From the NCBI GenBank assembly GCA_043767565.1, contig JAYUGV010000020.1, forward strand, positions 1 through 43,054: a stretch of 43,054 bases of DNA, in the 5' to 3' direction. The translations under genes and the position numbers were made by a program. This stretch comes from Anaerolineales bacterium. GTDB lineage: Bacteria; Chloroflexota; Anaerolineae; Anaerolineales; Villigracilaceae. Shown here piece after piece: positions 1 to 8,852 of this stretch. Each line of letters begins with the position of its first letter. Within the stretch, counting starts at the first letter, position 1. The notes under the pieces were generated by a model that was not told the origin of the DNA, searched no databases, and saw only the letters and a list, made by a program, of their open reading frames with translations.

Positions 1-1239
1 GCTGTTACAAATCATCGTGATCATTACGATTGCACGAGCCTTGGGAATGCTTTTCACAGTAATGGGACAGCCAGCCGTCATTGGAGAAATGGTCGGCGGA
101 ATCCTATTGGGTCCATCCCTGCTTGGCTGGCTATCACCGCAAGCAGAAGCATTTCTCTTTCCAGTGAGTTCCCTGGAGCTTTGCAATTGCTGGGTCAGGT
201 TGGGGTCATACTCTTCATGTTCATCGTTGGCATGGAGTTGAATCCACAATCTCTCCGTCAACGCGCTCACTCCGCCGTGCTCATCAGCCATGTGGGTATC
301 CTGGCACCGTTCATGCTTGGCACTGCCCTGGCACTTTTCCTATACCTACCCTTAGCCCCACAGGATGTTTCCTTTCTTTCCTTTGCATTATTCATGGGCA
401 TCGCAATGAGCATCACAGCCTTCCCTGTGCTGACACGCATTCTCGAGCAACGCGGACTTTCCCGGTCATCCCTTGGAAGCACTGCAATCGCCTCTGCGGC
501 TGTAGATGATGTGACTGACTGGTGTCTCCTCGCAATCGTTCTGGCCATCGCTCGGTCAGAAAATCTCAGCAGAACAGCCATGACAGTCGGACTTGCGCTA
601 GCCTTCACCGCTGTGATGATTTTTCTAATCAAGCCTTGGCTCCGCCAGATCATGTCGAGGACAGATTATAGTGGAGCGCAAAGCAAAAGTATTATAGCAA
701 GTACATTGTTGTTCGCCTTTGCATCCGCACTTTTTACCGAAACCATTGGCATACATGCATTATTCGGAGCGTTTCTCGCGGGTGCAGTCTTGCCTCCGCA
801 AGAAATCTTGCGAGTGCCTGTGAAAGAAAGACTCGAAACCTTTGGCACAGTGTTTTTATTGCCGCTCTTCTTTGCCTTCACGGGTCTCCGCACCCAGATC
901 GGATTAATGGACGACTGGCAAAGCTGGTTCCTGTGCGGATTGATCATCCTGGTAGCGATTGCAGGCAAACTCGGAGGCACTACACTCGCGGCACGCTGGA
1001 CCGGTATGAGTTAGGGGGAATCACTTTCCATTGGCGCGCTAATGAATACACGCGGCCTGATGAAATTAATTGCTCTCAACATCGGATACGACCTCGGTAT
1101 TCTCTCGGCAGAGATCTTCGCCATGATGGTTCTTATGGCACTGGCTACAACTTTCATGACCGGACCGATCTTATCGCTCATCGAGACGCGGAATCAAAGA
1201 ACGGCGTTGGCAAAACCTGACACCAACGCGGCTTCTTGA
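1..1239 (+). pseudogene. Cation:proton antiporter (CPA2/Kef-type) pseudogene, 5' end outside the window
   Basis: Motifs GQPAVIGEMVGGILLGPS, SITAFPVL.RIL, AAVDD, LLPLFFAFTGL and MNTRGL are split over ORFs 17..241, 181..1014 and 1042..1239. There is a frameshift near 175-181 and an in-frame TAG at 1012-1014 ([17 protein letters not shown]). Confidence 0.85.
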
Positions 1240-1265
1240 GCGAGGATCGTTACGCTAGTACAAGT

Positions 1266-1452
1266 TCATCTATGCGGCAAATCCACTACCAGATGCGCGA
1301 ATTGGATTTTTCATACCCCGCCAAATCTACGATCGTGCGCGCCAGTTTCAGGATGCGATGATAGGTACGCGCCGATAAATTGAGCTGCGTCATCGCAGTC
1401 CGCATCAAGCTCTGATCCTCGTCCCGCAACTTGCAAAATTTCGTACATCTCC
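1266..1452 (-). pseudogene. comM: 3' fragment of comM/yifB (Mg-chelatase-like AAA+ ATPase), copy 1
   Basis: Manual minus-strand translation gives KFCKLRDEDQSLMRTAMTQLNLSARTYHRILKLARTIVDLAG, then after a frameshift QFAHL. This matches the ComM C-terminal signature LSAR..HRILKLARTIADL. Confidence 0.8.
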
Positions 1453-1600
1453 AAATAAATATAAGTATTGCGAATGAGATTCAATAAATTTAGGATTGAT
1501 TGTCACACGCTTCGAATCAATAGACCTCACGGATAAGGACCATGCACTCTCCTCCATTGATCAATTTGCATTATTGAAACCGTGATCTTGCATTGAACTT

Positions 1601-1654
1601 CCGCAGAAATTGAAGAGACATTTGCCAAGGCAAATGTCTCTTCAATTTCTGCGG
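1601..1654. repeat. Perfect 26 bp inverted repeat (terminator-like hairpin) overlapping the tRNA fragment 3' end
   Basis: ccgcagaaattgaagagacatttgcc-aa-ggcaaatgtctcttcaatttctgcgg. Confidence 0.9.
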
Positions 1655-1697
1655 GGCGGAGAGATTTGAACTCTCGACCTCACGGACCCGAACCGTG
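1652..1697 (-). tRNA. 3' half of tRNA-Pro(CGG); truncated, probable att-site remnant
   Basis: The minus strand reads CACGG-TTCGGGT-CCGTG AGGTC GAGAG-TTCAAAT-CTCTC CGCCCCG. This gives the anticodon arm (CGG), variable loop, T arm and 3' acceptor strand. No D arm or 5' acceptor strand lies upstream. Confidence 0.85.
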
Positions 1698-1740
1698 AGG
1701 TTCGAATATCTGTTCTATATATCCATTATTTACTTTTAGC

Positions 1741-1904
1741 ATCTCCGCCCGCATCAAGCTCTGACCAGCCTCCTGTAACTTTCAAAATCGTCTTATCTCC
1801 CCAACACATATCTACGTTGCTGATAATAGCTGACAAGCCATTTTTCGAGAAGCGTTCGTTTTGGATATCATGCGGGCTTGGTCTCTAACCCGAATCGCTT
1901 CACT
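1741..1904 (-). pseudogene. comM: Internal/3' fragment of comM/yifB, copy 2 (degenerate)
   Basis: Frameshifted translation SEAIRVRDQA / HDIQNERFSKNGLSAIISNVDM / VGEIRRF*KLQEAGQSLMRA. It shares ccgcatcaagctctga (1749-1764) with copy 1 (1400-1415). Confidence 0.7.
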
Positions 1905-4011
1905 ATATAGGCAATATCAAAACTTCGTCTGTCCCGATTCGCCCTGCATCGCAGACCAGGGCAATGCCACCGCCAGCGAGTGGACGTATGGAATCTTCCA
2001 TAGTGAACAATAAATCCCCATTCACCCAGGCTTGGATTTGATCGCCCTGCACATCAATTCTCATTTTATACGATGTACCAAATTGCCTGGCAAAGGATTG
2101 TTCAGCCAGCACAACTTCCCCATCTAATCGTTTGATCAATTTAATTTTATTTTGCTCAGATAGTAACAGGGCATAATAGCGTTCCTGTCCTTGTACACGC
2201 GCCGCCACGCCAAAGGTCTTGACCAAATGCGGTGTGATTTCGGCTTGCACGCTGTAATCCGTCCATTCGCGGGTGCCGGTAACGACCATGCCGCGTCCAC
2301 GATTTTGGATAACACGGAAAGCTTCACCGAATTCGTCGGTGAAGTAGTCGGCGGCGTTGACCCATTGTCGCTTCCACATGGTTCCAGATGCAACAGGTCT
2401 GCGGAATGTGACGTTGGGCGAGCCATCCCATGTAAGCGAATCGAGATGGATTGCACCTTCAGCAGGTTCATCGGTAGAAATCGAAATGCCAACATGGACA
2501 ATCGGTGCGCCGCCGAGATCGGGCATTTGCCATGTGAGCTGAGATGGTTTGCCGGGATTCAGATTCGTGATCGGTCCATACGTCGTGATGAGTTGATCGG
2601 CTTCGCCATAGCTTTGGATGACAAGCCCAACTTTGATCGGCGTTAAGTTGGCGCTGTTGGATAGCAAATCAGCACGGACGATTTGTCCGGGATATAAAGT
2701 CGGTGAGGCGAGCAGGCTGTAACCGGGCATGTCAATGGCTTCAGGGGGGATAAAGGTTGGGGTCCACAGAGCAGACGTCCCGTTGGAAGTGAGGCGGTAA
2801 GTAATTGTCAAAACACGTTGATGAGGTTGAGTCGGATGAGGAGTGTTGTCCAATGTCAGGTTGTCAGCCTGTGATTGAAAGCCTTGCACTGAACCGGGCA
2901 ATGAAAAGTGGAAGCGTGCCCCATCTTTGGGGCGAGTCCATTTTTTACCGCGCATGACATAGGCGGACTCGAGAATAAAATCAGTTTCATGCAAGGCATC
3001 GCTGATGGCGCGACCACCATCAGCGGTGGGGAGATAAAGTCGATCAGCAACGGGACCGCGCCAATCATACGTGCCATTGAAAGCGGATAGTCCGTTGCGG
3101 ACGCCAAGGATGCAACCGACATTGGCAGCATTGCAATCGGTATCCCAACCGCAAGTGTTGACGATGGTTTGAGCTTTACTGAAATCACCCTGACTGTATA
3201 ACAGACTCAGAATCACAAGACCATGATTTGGAATGATGTGACAGTTGCCGCCATATTTGTCGTAGCCATAGTGCGCGGCAAGTTTTGCGCGGGCGGCATG
3301 CCAATCATGCAGATCAATAGTGTGCCAGGCGCGTACATCGGCGATGAGACGATAGGTGATGGAATCATGAGGGATGAAAACGATGGCAGTATCAATGAGT
3401 TTATCGAGATCGGATTCAACGAAGGCTTGAGAGATCAACGCGGCGATGACCTGCGCGCCGTAGATAGCCTCACCATCGTGACTAACACTGGCAGCGCGGC
3501 GCGCAAGATCAACAGCCAGAGCAGGATCACCGGGCGCGATCAAGCCCCAACCATCAATAAAAATCTGCGCCCCGATCTGTTCTGCGACGACTTTGCCATT
3601 CAGTGCCATCGAACCGGATCGCGGCGCAGGGATGCCATCCTTGAGTCGCAGGTAGGCGGTGTGTTCGGTGGAGTTGCCGAGTCCGCCCCACCAGAGGATG
3701 GTGCGGTTCTCGATGATGTAGTTGAGCCAGGTCTGACCGATCTGCGCAGGGGTGAGATCGAGCGAGTTGTTGTAATCAGGCAGGGCACGTAAAAAAGTAA
3801 ATGTGCCGGAGGTGTCGTCATCAGTGACAACTAATAAGTGATTACGCAGAGGCAAGTCGTGACGGTCATTGACGCAATACTTGATCTCACCGAAGCTCGC
3901 CATGATCTGGTCGTAGGTCCAGCCTTCGAAGGGACGTCCCAAATAGACGCCGATCATTTTGCCAAGCACACCAGCGTAGACACGTTCGTAATAGTCAGGA
4001 GGGAAGGTCAT
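1903..4011 (-). CDS. ADP-ribosylglycohydrolase family protein with C-terminal beta-sandwich (DUF1080/ConA-like) domain
   Basis: 702 aa. Motifs YAGVLGK.IGVYLGRPFEGW, TDDD, SHDGEA and GWDTDCN. The beta-rich C-terminus reads WTDYSVQAE...IQAWVNG...GGIAL. Confidence 0.85.
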   Translation of the reverse strand: MTFPPDYYERVYAGVLGKMIGVYLGRPFEGWTYDQIMASFGEIKYCVNDRHDLPLRNHLLVVTDDDTSGTFTFLRALPDYNNSLDLTPAQIGQTWLNYIIENRTILWWGGLGNSTEHTAYLRLKDGIPAPRSGSMALNGKVVAEQIGAQIFIDGWGLIAPGDPALAVDLARRAASVSHDGEAIYGAQVIAALISQAFVESDLDKLIDTAIVFIPHDSITYRLIADVRAWHTIDLHDWHAARAKLAAHYGYDKYGGNCHIIPNHGLVILSLLYSQGDFSKAQTIVNTCGWDTDCNAANVGCILGVRNGLSAFNGTYDWRGPVADRLYLPTADGGRAISDALHETDFILESAYVMRGKKWTRPKDGARFHFSLPGSVQGFQSQADNLTLDNTPHPTQPHQRVLTITYRLTSNGTSALWTPTFIPPEAIDMPGYSLLASPTLYPGQIVRADLLSNSANLTPIKVGLVIQSYGEADQLITTYGPITNLNPGKPSQLTWQMPDLGGAPIVHVGISISTDEPAEGAIHLDSLTWDGSPNVTFRRPVASGTMWKRQWVNAADYFTDEFGEAFRVIQNRGRGMVVTGTREWTDYSVQAEITPHLVKTFGVAARVQGQERYYALLLSEQNKIKLIKRLDGEVVLAEQSFARQFGTSYKMRIDVQGDQIQAWVNGDLLFTMEDSIRPLAGGGIALVCDAGRIGTDEVLILPI

Positions 4012-4048
4012 GTGTTTTGTTCCTTGGATGTTTAGCAGATGTTTGATT

Positions 4049-4060
4049 TTAACCGGTTAA
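4049..4060. promoter_or_regulatory. LacI-type palindromic operator candidate
   Basis: Perfect palindrome TTAACCGGTTAA about 40 bp upstream of the ARH start codon. Confidence 0.5.
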
Positions 4061-4120
4061 CAAACAATCCCACCTATTACAGTGTAAATCAAGTTATTTG
4101 AAATTTCTATTTGCTCGAAG

Positions 4121-4174
4121 GCGGTCTACCCTGAAGTGTGACCGCCGTGTTGCGCAGGGTACACCGACCCTGCG
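4121..4174. repeat. Two short GC-rich hairpins (REP- or terminator-like)
   Basis: gcggtc...gaccgc and cgcagggt-acaccg-accctgcg. Confidence 0.4.
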
Positions 4175-4216
4175 GGAGCACGAACAGTTAAGCAAATTTA
4201 TTTACTTTACGATGTA

Positions 4217-4411
4217 CTATTGATCTGTCTCATCCACTTTGCAACCCAAGCCAAATCCATGTCCGCCTTTGTGAAACAGGTGCATTTCAACAGGCACGTG
4301 GTTCTCGAATAATTTCTGTGCATACAGTGTGGACTCTTCCACTTTGCATATATCATCGTCGTACGCATGGATCAAAAACGCCAGGGGTGTTTCAGGCGTG
4401 ACAAGATTCAG
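4217..4411 (-). pseudogene. C-terminal remnant of an alpha/beta-hydrolase (acetyl/feruloyl-esterase-like)
   Basis: Manual translation LNLVTPETPLAFLIHAYDDDICKVEESTLYAQKLFENHVPVEMHLFHKGGHGFGLG... retains the catalytic Asp and His motifs. It has no start codon and is cut at the MITE-like element. Confidence 0.75.
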
Positions 4412-4412
4412 T

Positions 4413-4507
4413 CAGGACTTTCGCTCAACCCGCCGACGTTAGAGAATGTCGGCTACGCAACTATTTTTTGAGTGTAGCTGGGCGCTCTCTAGCAAGCGAA
4501 AGTCCTG
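4413..4507. mobile_element. 95 bp MITE-like element with 13 bp terminal inverted repeats and internal GTAG-type REP palindromes
   Basis: Ends are caggactttcgct (4413-4425) and agcgaaagtcctg (4495-4507). Inside are the hairpin gccgacgtt-agag-aatgtcggctac and a degenerate inverted copy gtagctgggcgctctctagc. Confidence 0.6.
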
Positions 4508-4530
4508 TTAATATCACCAACTTGTGATGG

Positions 4531-5769
4531 TTATGAGTCTAAAATAGGAGCGTTGAACTTCCTCGCCTGCGTCAACACGATCGCCCCTGTTAGAGTCAAA
4601 CCAGCGCTTAAAACGAATATCTGCCAATATTGCCAGCCATACGAAATCAGCAGCAACCCAAAGAACGGTCCCAATAACCCGCGAATTCCAGAGATCGTGG
4701 AATTGAGCGCGGCATACGCAGGCACATGCTCGGGACCTGCCAGATTGGATACGGTATATAGGATCGCCAGATCGGCCCCGGCTGTGACGAGACCCGCCGC
4801 TATAAACGAAGGCAATAACATCCAGCCTTGCGTTGCCCAAATATAAGGCAACATCACGAGAGTATTCATGGCAAATACGATTTGCAGACTTCGCAGACCG
4901 CCGAGACGGTCCAATATCCGCCCGCCGAACAGGTAGCCAATAAACCAAAACAGTGATTGCACAAACCCAAGCAAGCCAACTGCCGTATAGGATAAATTAA
5001 GTTGATCCACCTGAATGATCGGGTATAAGGGCGAAGCCATTAACGCACCCAACCCAAATAGAAAAATCCCACTTAAATAAAATGGCATCCTGCGATCATT
5101 TTGTATAATATGGATTGGTGAGATCGTACGGCGAGGCAGATCTACCAATGTATCGGGAAGTTTGCGCATCACGGAGAAGAAGATCAAGGTTGACCCTATC
5201 CCTGAAAGACCTGCGAGGGGCAACAAGGCGCGATATCCCCAATGATCCAGAATCCAGCCCGCCAGCGGAGTGAAGATTAGGATCAGCGCCACAAACCCGA
5301 CCCGCACCGCCGCAAGGATGCGCCCACGTTGCTGAATCGGATATATAACTTGTATGGTTTGAACATAGGCTGGCGAGGGCCATGCTTCCAATAGCCAGAA
5401 GAATGTAAAAATGATTAACAGGCTGGTGGCGTTAAACGCAATTGCGGTTAGCAAAAATGAGCCACGCCCCACCAACCAACAGATCAGGGCAACACGCTTC
5501 ATCCCCCAACGGCGCATAAACCAAACACTGATGTTTGTAGTGAGCAGTCCCAAGGCAGTGATCGCAAAGTAATAGGCTACTTGTTCAGTAGTCGCACCTG
5601 AGCGCCGCAAGATAATTGGAATGAACGTGATGGCGGTGGACATCACACTGTGGATACGAGCGGCACGCATGTCTACTTGCATTTTCTGGCGCACATCGGC
5701 ATCCAATGGTCCAACGAGCCACATTTCTAGGTGTAGTTGTAACCTGGCAAGAGCGGCAAAGATATTCAT
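4531..5769 (-). CDS. MFS transporter
   Basis: 412 aa with about 12 hydrophobic segments. Loop motifs RRWGMKR, GRILDRLG and QRGR. Confidence 0.85.
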   Translation of the reverse strand: MNIFAALARLQLHLEMWLVGPLDADVRQKMQVDMRAARIHSVMSTAITFIPIILRRSGATTEQVAYYFAITALGLLTTNISVWFMRRWGMKRVALICWLVGRGSFLLTAIAFNATSLLIIFTFFWLLEAWPSPAYVQTIQVIYPIQQRGRILAAVRVGFVALILIFTPLAGWILDHWGYRALLPLAGLSGIGSTLIFFSVMRKLPDTLVDLPRRTISPIHIIQNDRRMPFYLSGIFLFGLGALMASPLYPIIQVDQLNLSYTAVGLLGFVQSLFWFIGYLFGGRILDRLGGLRSLQIVFAMNTLVMLPYIWATQGWMLLPSFIAAGLVTAGADLAILYTVSNLAGPEHVPAYAALNSTISGIRGLLGPFFGLLLISYGWQYWQIFVLSAGLTLTGAIVLTQARKFNAPILDS

Positions 5770-5867
5770 AAATCAGATACGCCTTTTATTGAGACAAAAT
5801 ATTATAATCATCCAGAATCAACGTAAACAGGTTGATAACTTAAAATCTAAAGACTGTGACAATACAC

Positions 5868-6935
5868 ATGCCTAACTCAAAACACTTTTCTCGATTAGCA
5901 AATCTGATCTTCATCATTCTATTTACTACTGCCTGCGGGATTGCACCCACTCCTAGCCCTACACCCACCCTAATCCCAACCCCGGAACCACCAGTGGATG
6001 CATTTACTATGAATCAACAACTGGCTCGAACAGTCAACCTGGGGAATGCTTTGGAAGCGCCAAATGAGGGTGAATGGGGAGTCGTATTGAAAGAAGAGTT
6101 CTTTCAATTGATCCACCAAAAAGGCTTTACAGCCGTGCGCCTGCCCGTGCGCTGGAATGCGCATGCCATGGAAAAAGCTCCCTACACGATTGACCCGGAA
6201 TTTTTCAGGCGGGTGGATTGGGCAATAGCGCAGGCTTTCGCAAACAATCTGACCATCATGGTTAACATGCACCACTATGAAGCAATGGCACTCGACCCAG
6301 TTGGACACCAAGCTCGTTTTATCGCACTATGGCAACAAATCGCCGAACATTATCAGTCTTATCCAGATGCGCTGTTGTTCGAACCCATGAATGAACCAAA
6401 CGGCTTGATGACGGCCAAGCGCTGGAATGCTCTTGTCGCGGCCACCTTACCGGTGATTCGTGAGACCAACCCCACGCGCAATATTGTCATTGGACCAAGT
6501 GAATGGAACAGCTTGCAGGCTCTGGATGAACTGACGTTGCCTGCCGCCGATCAACATATCATTGTTACTTTCCACTACTATTCCCCTTTTGAGTTTACTC
6601 ACCAAGGCGCAGATTGGGTAGCAGGAAGTAATGATTGGATGGGTACGGAATGGAAAGGTTCCAGCATTCAAAAGCAATATTTACAATATGATTTCAACCT
6701 GGTCGAGCAATGGGCTAAAGACAACCAGCGTCCCATTTTCCTGGGTGAATTTGGAGCCTATAGTAAAGCTGATTTAGACTCGCGCGCGCGCTGGACAACT
6801 TTTGTAGCGCGCGAAGCCGAGGCGCGAGGCTTTAGTTGGGGCTATTGGGAATTCTGTTCCGGTTTCGGTGTGTACAATTTAGCTACCAGTAACTGGAATG
6901 AACAGCTCGTACAAGCCCTGATTCCACCTCAGTAA
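5868..6935 (+). CDS. GH5 endoglucanase/mannanase lipoprotein (Thermotoga Cel5A-like)
   Basis: Lipobox FTTAC, a PT-rich linker, VNLGNALEAP, acid/base NEP and nucleophile FLGEFG. ATG at 5868 is preferred over GTG at 5856. Confidence 0.9.
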   Translation: MPNSKHFSRLANLIFIILFTTACGIAPTPSPTPTLIPTPEPPVDAFTMNQQLARTVNLGNALEAPNEGEWGVVLKEEFFQLIHQKGFTAVRLPVRWNAHAMEKAPYTIDPEFFRRVDWAIAQAFANNLTIMVNMHHYEAMALDPVGHQARFIALWQQIAEHYQSYPDALLFEPMNEPNGLMTAKRWNALVAATLPVIRETNPTRNIVIGPSEWNSLQALDELTLPAADQHIIVTFHYYSPFEFTHQGADWVAGSNDWMGTEWKGSSIQKQYLQYDFNLVEQWAKDNQRPIFLGEFGAYSKADLDSRARWTTFVAREAEARGFSWGYWEFCSGFGVYNLATSNWNEQLVQALIPPQ

Positions 6936-6971
6936 TACCTCTGATCTGTTCTCACTTAATTGGAACTTTTT

Positions 6972-8750
6972 TCAGGGAGCCTTCACTATCTTTAAGGCCA
7001 AATCAATCTGGAAGCGGGGCACGTCGATGGTTACAGATCCATCCTTCACAGTGATCTCCAGAGGAGCGGCTGTGGGTAACCCGTCTATGGTCGAATACCA
7101 TGTGACTAGGAAGCGCCCTTCTTGCAGGCCGTTTAGAGTGAAGGATAGTCCTTCTAGCGGCGCAGGCGAATAAATCCAGTTAGAGCCGGGGTTTTTATCC
7201 TTATAGTAAGCCAATTGGGTACCATGCATATTATAGTTTTCATCACGCACCCAAATAAGAGCATGATCGGGTTTGGAAAGAATCGAAACAATGCCGCCAC
7301 TGGGGCTTGTTTCAACCTGTGAGGGAGTCATTTTGGTCAGGTCTTCAGCCTTCATGAACTCTGAAATACCCTTGTACTGAAACCACAGGTTGGAAGGATC
7401 GATATAATTATCCCACCACCAGTATATGGCAGTGCTGGCGTATCCGGAAAAGGGCGCCGCCCACAAACCGTTGTGCAGGTGGGTTCCACCTTTGTTAAAT
7501 GGTGTGTTCCCATCGTCGGAATTGCCGTGCTCAGCCAGAACAGCGGGCTTATCACCAGAGTTTTTCTGTATCTTGGCTAAATTTTGAGAAAGCGTACTGG
7601 CTGGATCACTTGCAGAATAATCATGCTGTTGGGCAAAATCCAACTCAGGCATCGACCAGATCTTGTTATCGATACCGTTTGCATAGCTCGTGGAACGTAA
7701 ATGATTATAAGGATCGTATTTCTGCAGCTCCTTCGTCATTTCTGTGATCCAGGGAGCGAGAGCATCATCATTGATCGGTGTCCAGTTGATCTCATTCCAC
7801 CACTCCCACACTCCCAGGCTGGGGTATGCAGCCCAACGGGCAACAGTATAGCGCAAGCGGCGCTTGAATAAATCCCTGGCAGTTGGGTCGCTGACGAAAT
7901 CGCCTGGAGTTTTTAGCGACCCGCCTAGTGCAATATTATAGGGATTGGAAGCCCATTCGGCATTGGTTGATTCACTAAAAGCGCCGTGGTTGATCAGGCA
8001 AAGTTCCACGTAGATACCGCGGTCTTCAGCGAGGGTTAGCACCTGATCAAGAAGCCAGGCCTGTTTTAAGCGAGCTGAATAATTCCCCAATCCAGTGTCT
8101 TGCCACTCCAGACCAAAAGACCATGAGGCCATCCATACACGGATGAAATTGCCACCGTTTTGACTGAACTGATCGAGCCAGCTCGTGAAATCCTTGAGCA
8201 CATCGCCGGTAGACCACGCTATGTTTAACCCAACCGGAAAAAAGAAGGAGCCATCATCGAGTGCGAAGTAGCGAGGATCCTCTTTGTTGATGCGCAGGAA
8301 TCCATGTGCTGCGGGGTTGGCGGCAACATTTATGATCAACGGTTCGCTTTCCAGGGTGGGGTTGGTCAATTCAGCCCGGGCAGTCCACTCACCTGACACA
8401 TCTGGCGTGAAGCGCACTCGCCAACCGGGAGCGTCTTTGGGAGTTAGAGTCTGCGGATCGAAATCCTGATACCAGAAAGCCGGAACCAGTACAACTTTCC
8501 CAGCGGGCGAGGTGAAGCGCACATTGAGGTCAGCCTGAGCCGGGTCAAACGGGTTGGAGAATGAACTGTCAGTATCGATTGCGAGTTCAAAATGGGCAAA
8601 AACTTTAGCCGTCTCTCCAACGGGCTTTAGGGCCAAGCCGCTGAACGCCTGTTGGGTGGGTTGGCTTTGAGTAGATGGGACTTGGGTACAGGCGCTCAGT
8701 AGTTGAAACAAAAAGATTGTGAGTACGAGGCTGGCTATGGGTCTTTGCAT
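6972..8750 (-). CDS. DUF5060-domain plus GH5-like glycoside hydrolase lipoprotein
   Basis: Lipobox LLSAC, NPFDP and WRVRFTP (DUF5060-like), WEWWNE (acid/base) and VLAEHG (nucleophile). A GGAGAG RBS precedes ATG 8750. Confidence 0.8.
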   Translation of the reverse strand: MQRPIASLVLTIFLFQLLSACTQVPSTQSQPTQQAFSGLALKPVGETAKVFAHFELAIDTDSSFSNPFDPAQADLNVRFTSPAGKVVLVPAFWYQDFDPQTLTPKDAPGWRVRFTPDVSGEWTARAELTNPTLESEPLIINVAANPAAHGFLRINKEDPRYFALDDGSFFFPVGLNIAWSTGDVLKDFTSWLDQFSQNGGNFIRVWMASWSFGLEWQDTGLGNYSARLKQAWLLDQVLTLAEDRGIYVELCLINHGAFSESTNAEWASNPYNIALGGSLKTPGDFVSDPTARDLFKRRLRYTVARWAAYPSLGVWEWWNEINWTPINDDALAPWITEMTKELQKYDPYNHLRSTSYANGIDNKIWSMPELDFAQQHDYSASDPASTLSQNLAKIQKNSGDKPAVLAEHGNSDDGNTPFNKGGTHLHNGLWAAPFSGYASTAIYWWWDNYIDPSNLWFQYKGISEFMKAEDLTKMTPSQVETSPSGGIVSILSKPDHALIWVRDENYNMHGTQLAYYKDKNPGSNWIYSPAPLEGLSFTLNGLQEGRFLVTWYSTIDGLPTAAPLEITVKDGSVTIDVPRFQIDLALKIVKAP

Positions 8751-8852
8751 ATGCTCTCCGAAAAGTTTATGAACAGTGAGACGACTCTGCAAGCCTATAA
8801 ACACGCTAATAGACTGCAGAGTCGCTGCATACTGGTAGAAAGAGAATGTTCT

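Noticed and set aside
1012-1014. TAG as pyrrolysine or programmed readthrough
   Set aside because: The same gene has a frameshift and motif decay, the position is normally Trp, and there are no pyl genes in the window.
1652-1697. Functional tRNA-Pro gene
   Set aside because: The D arm, 5' acceptor strand and normal 3' end are missing.
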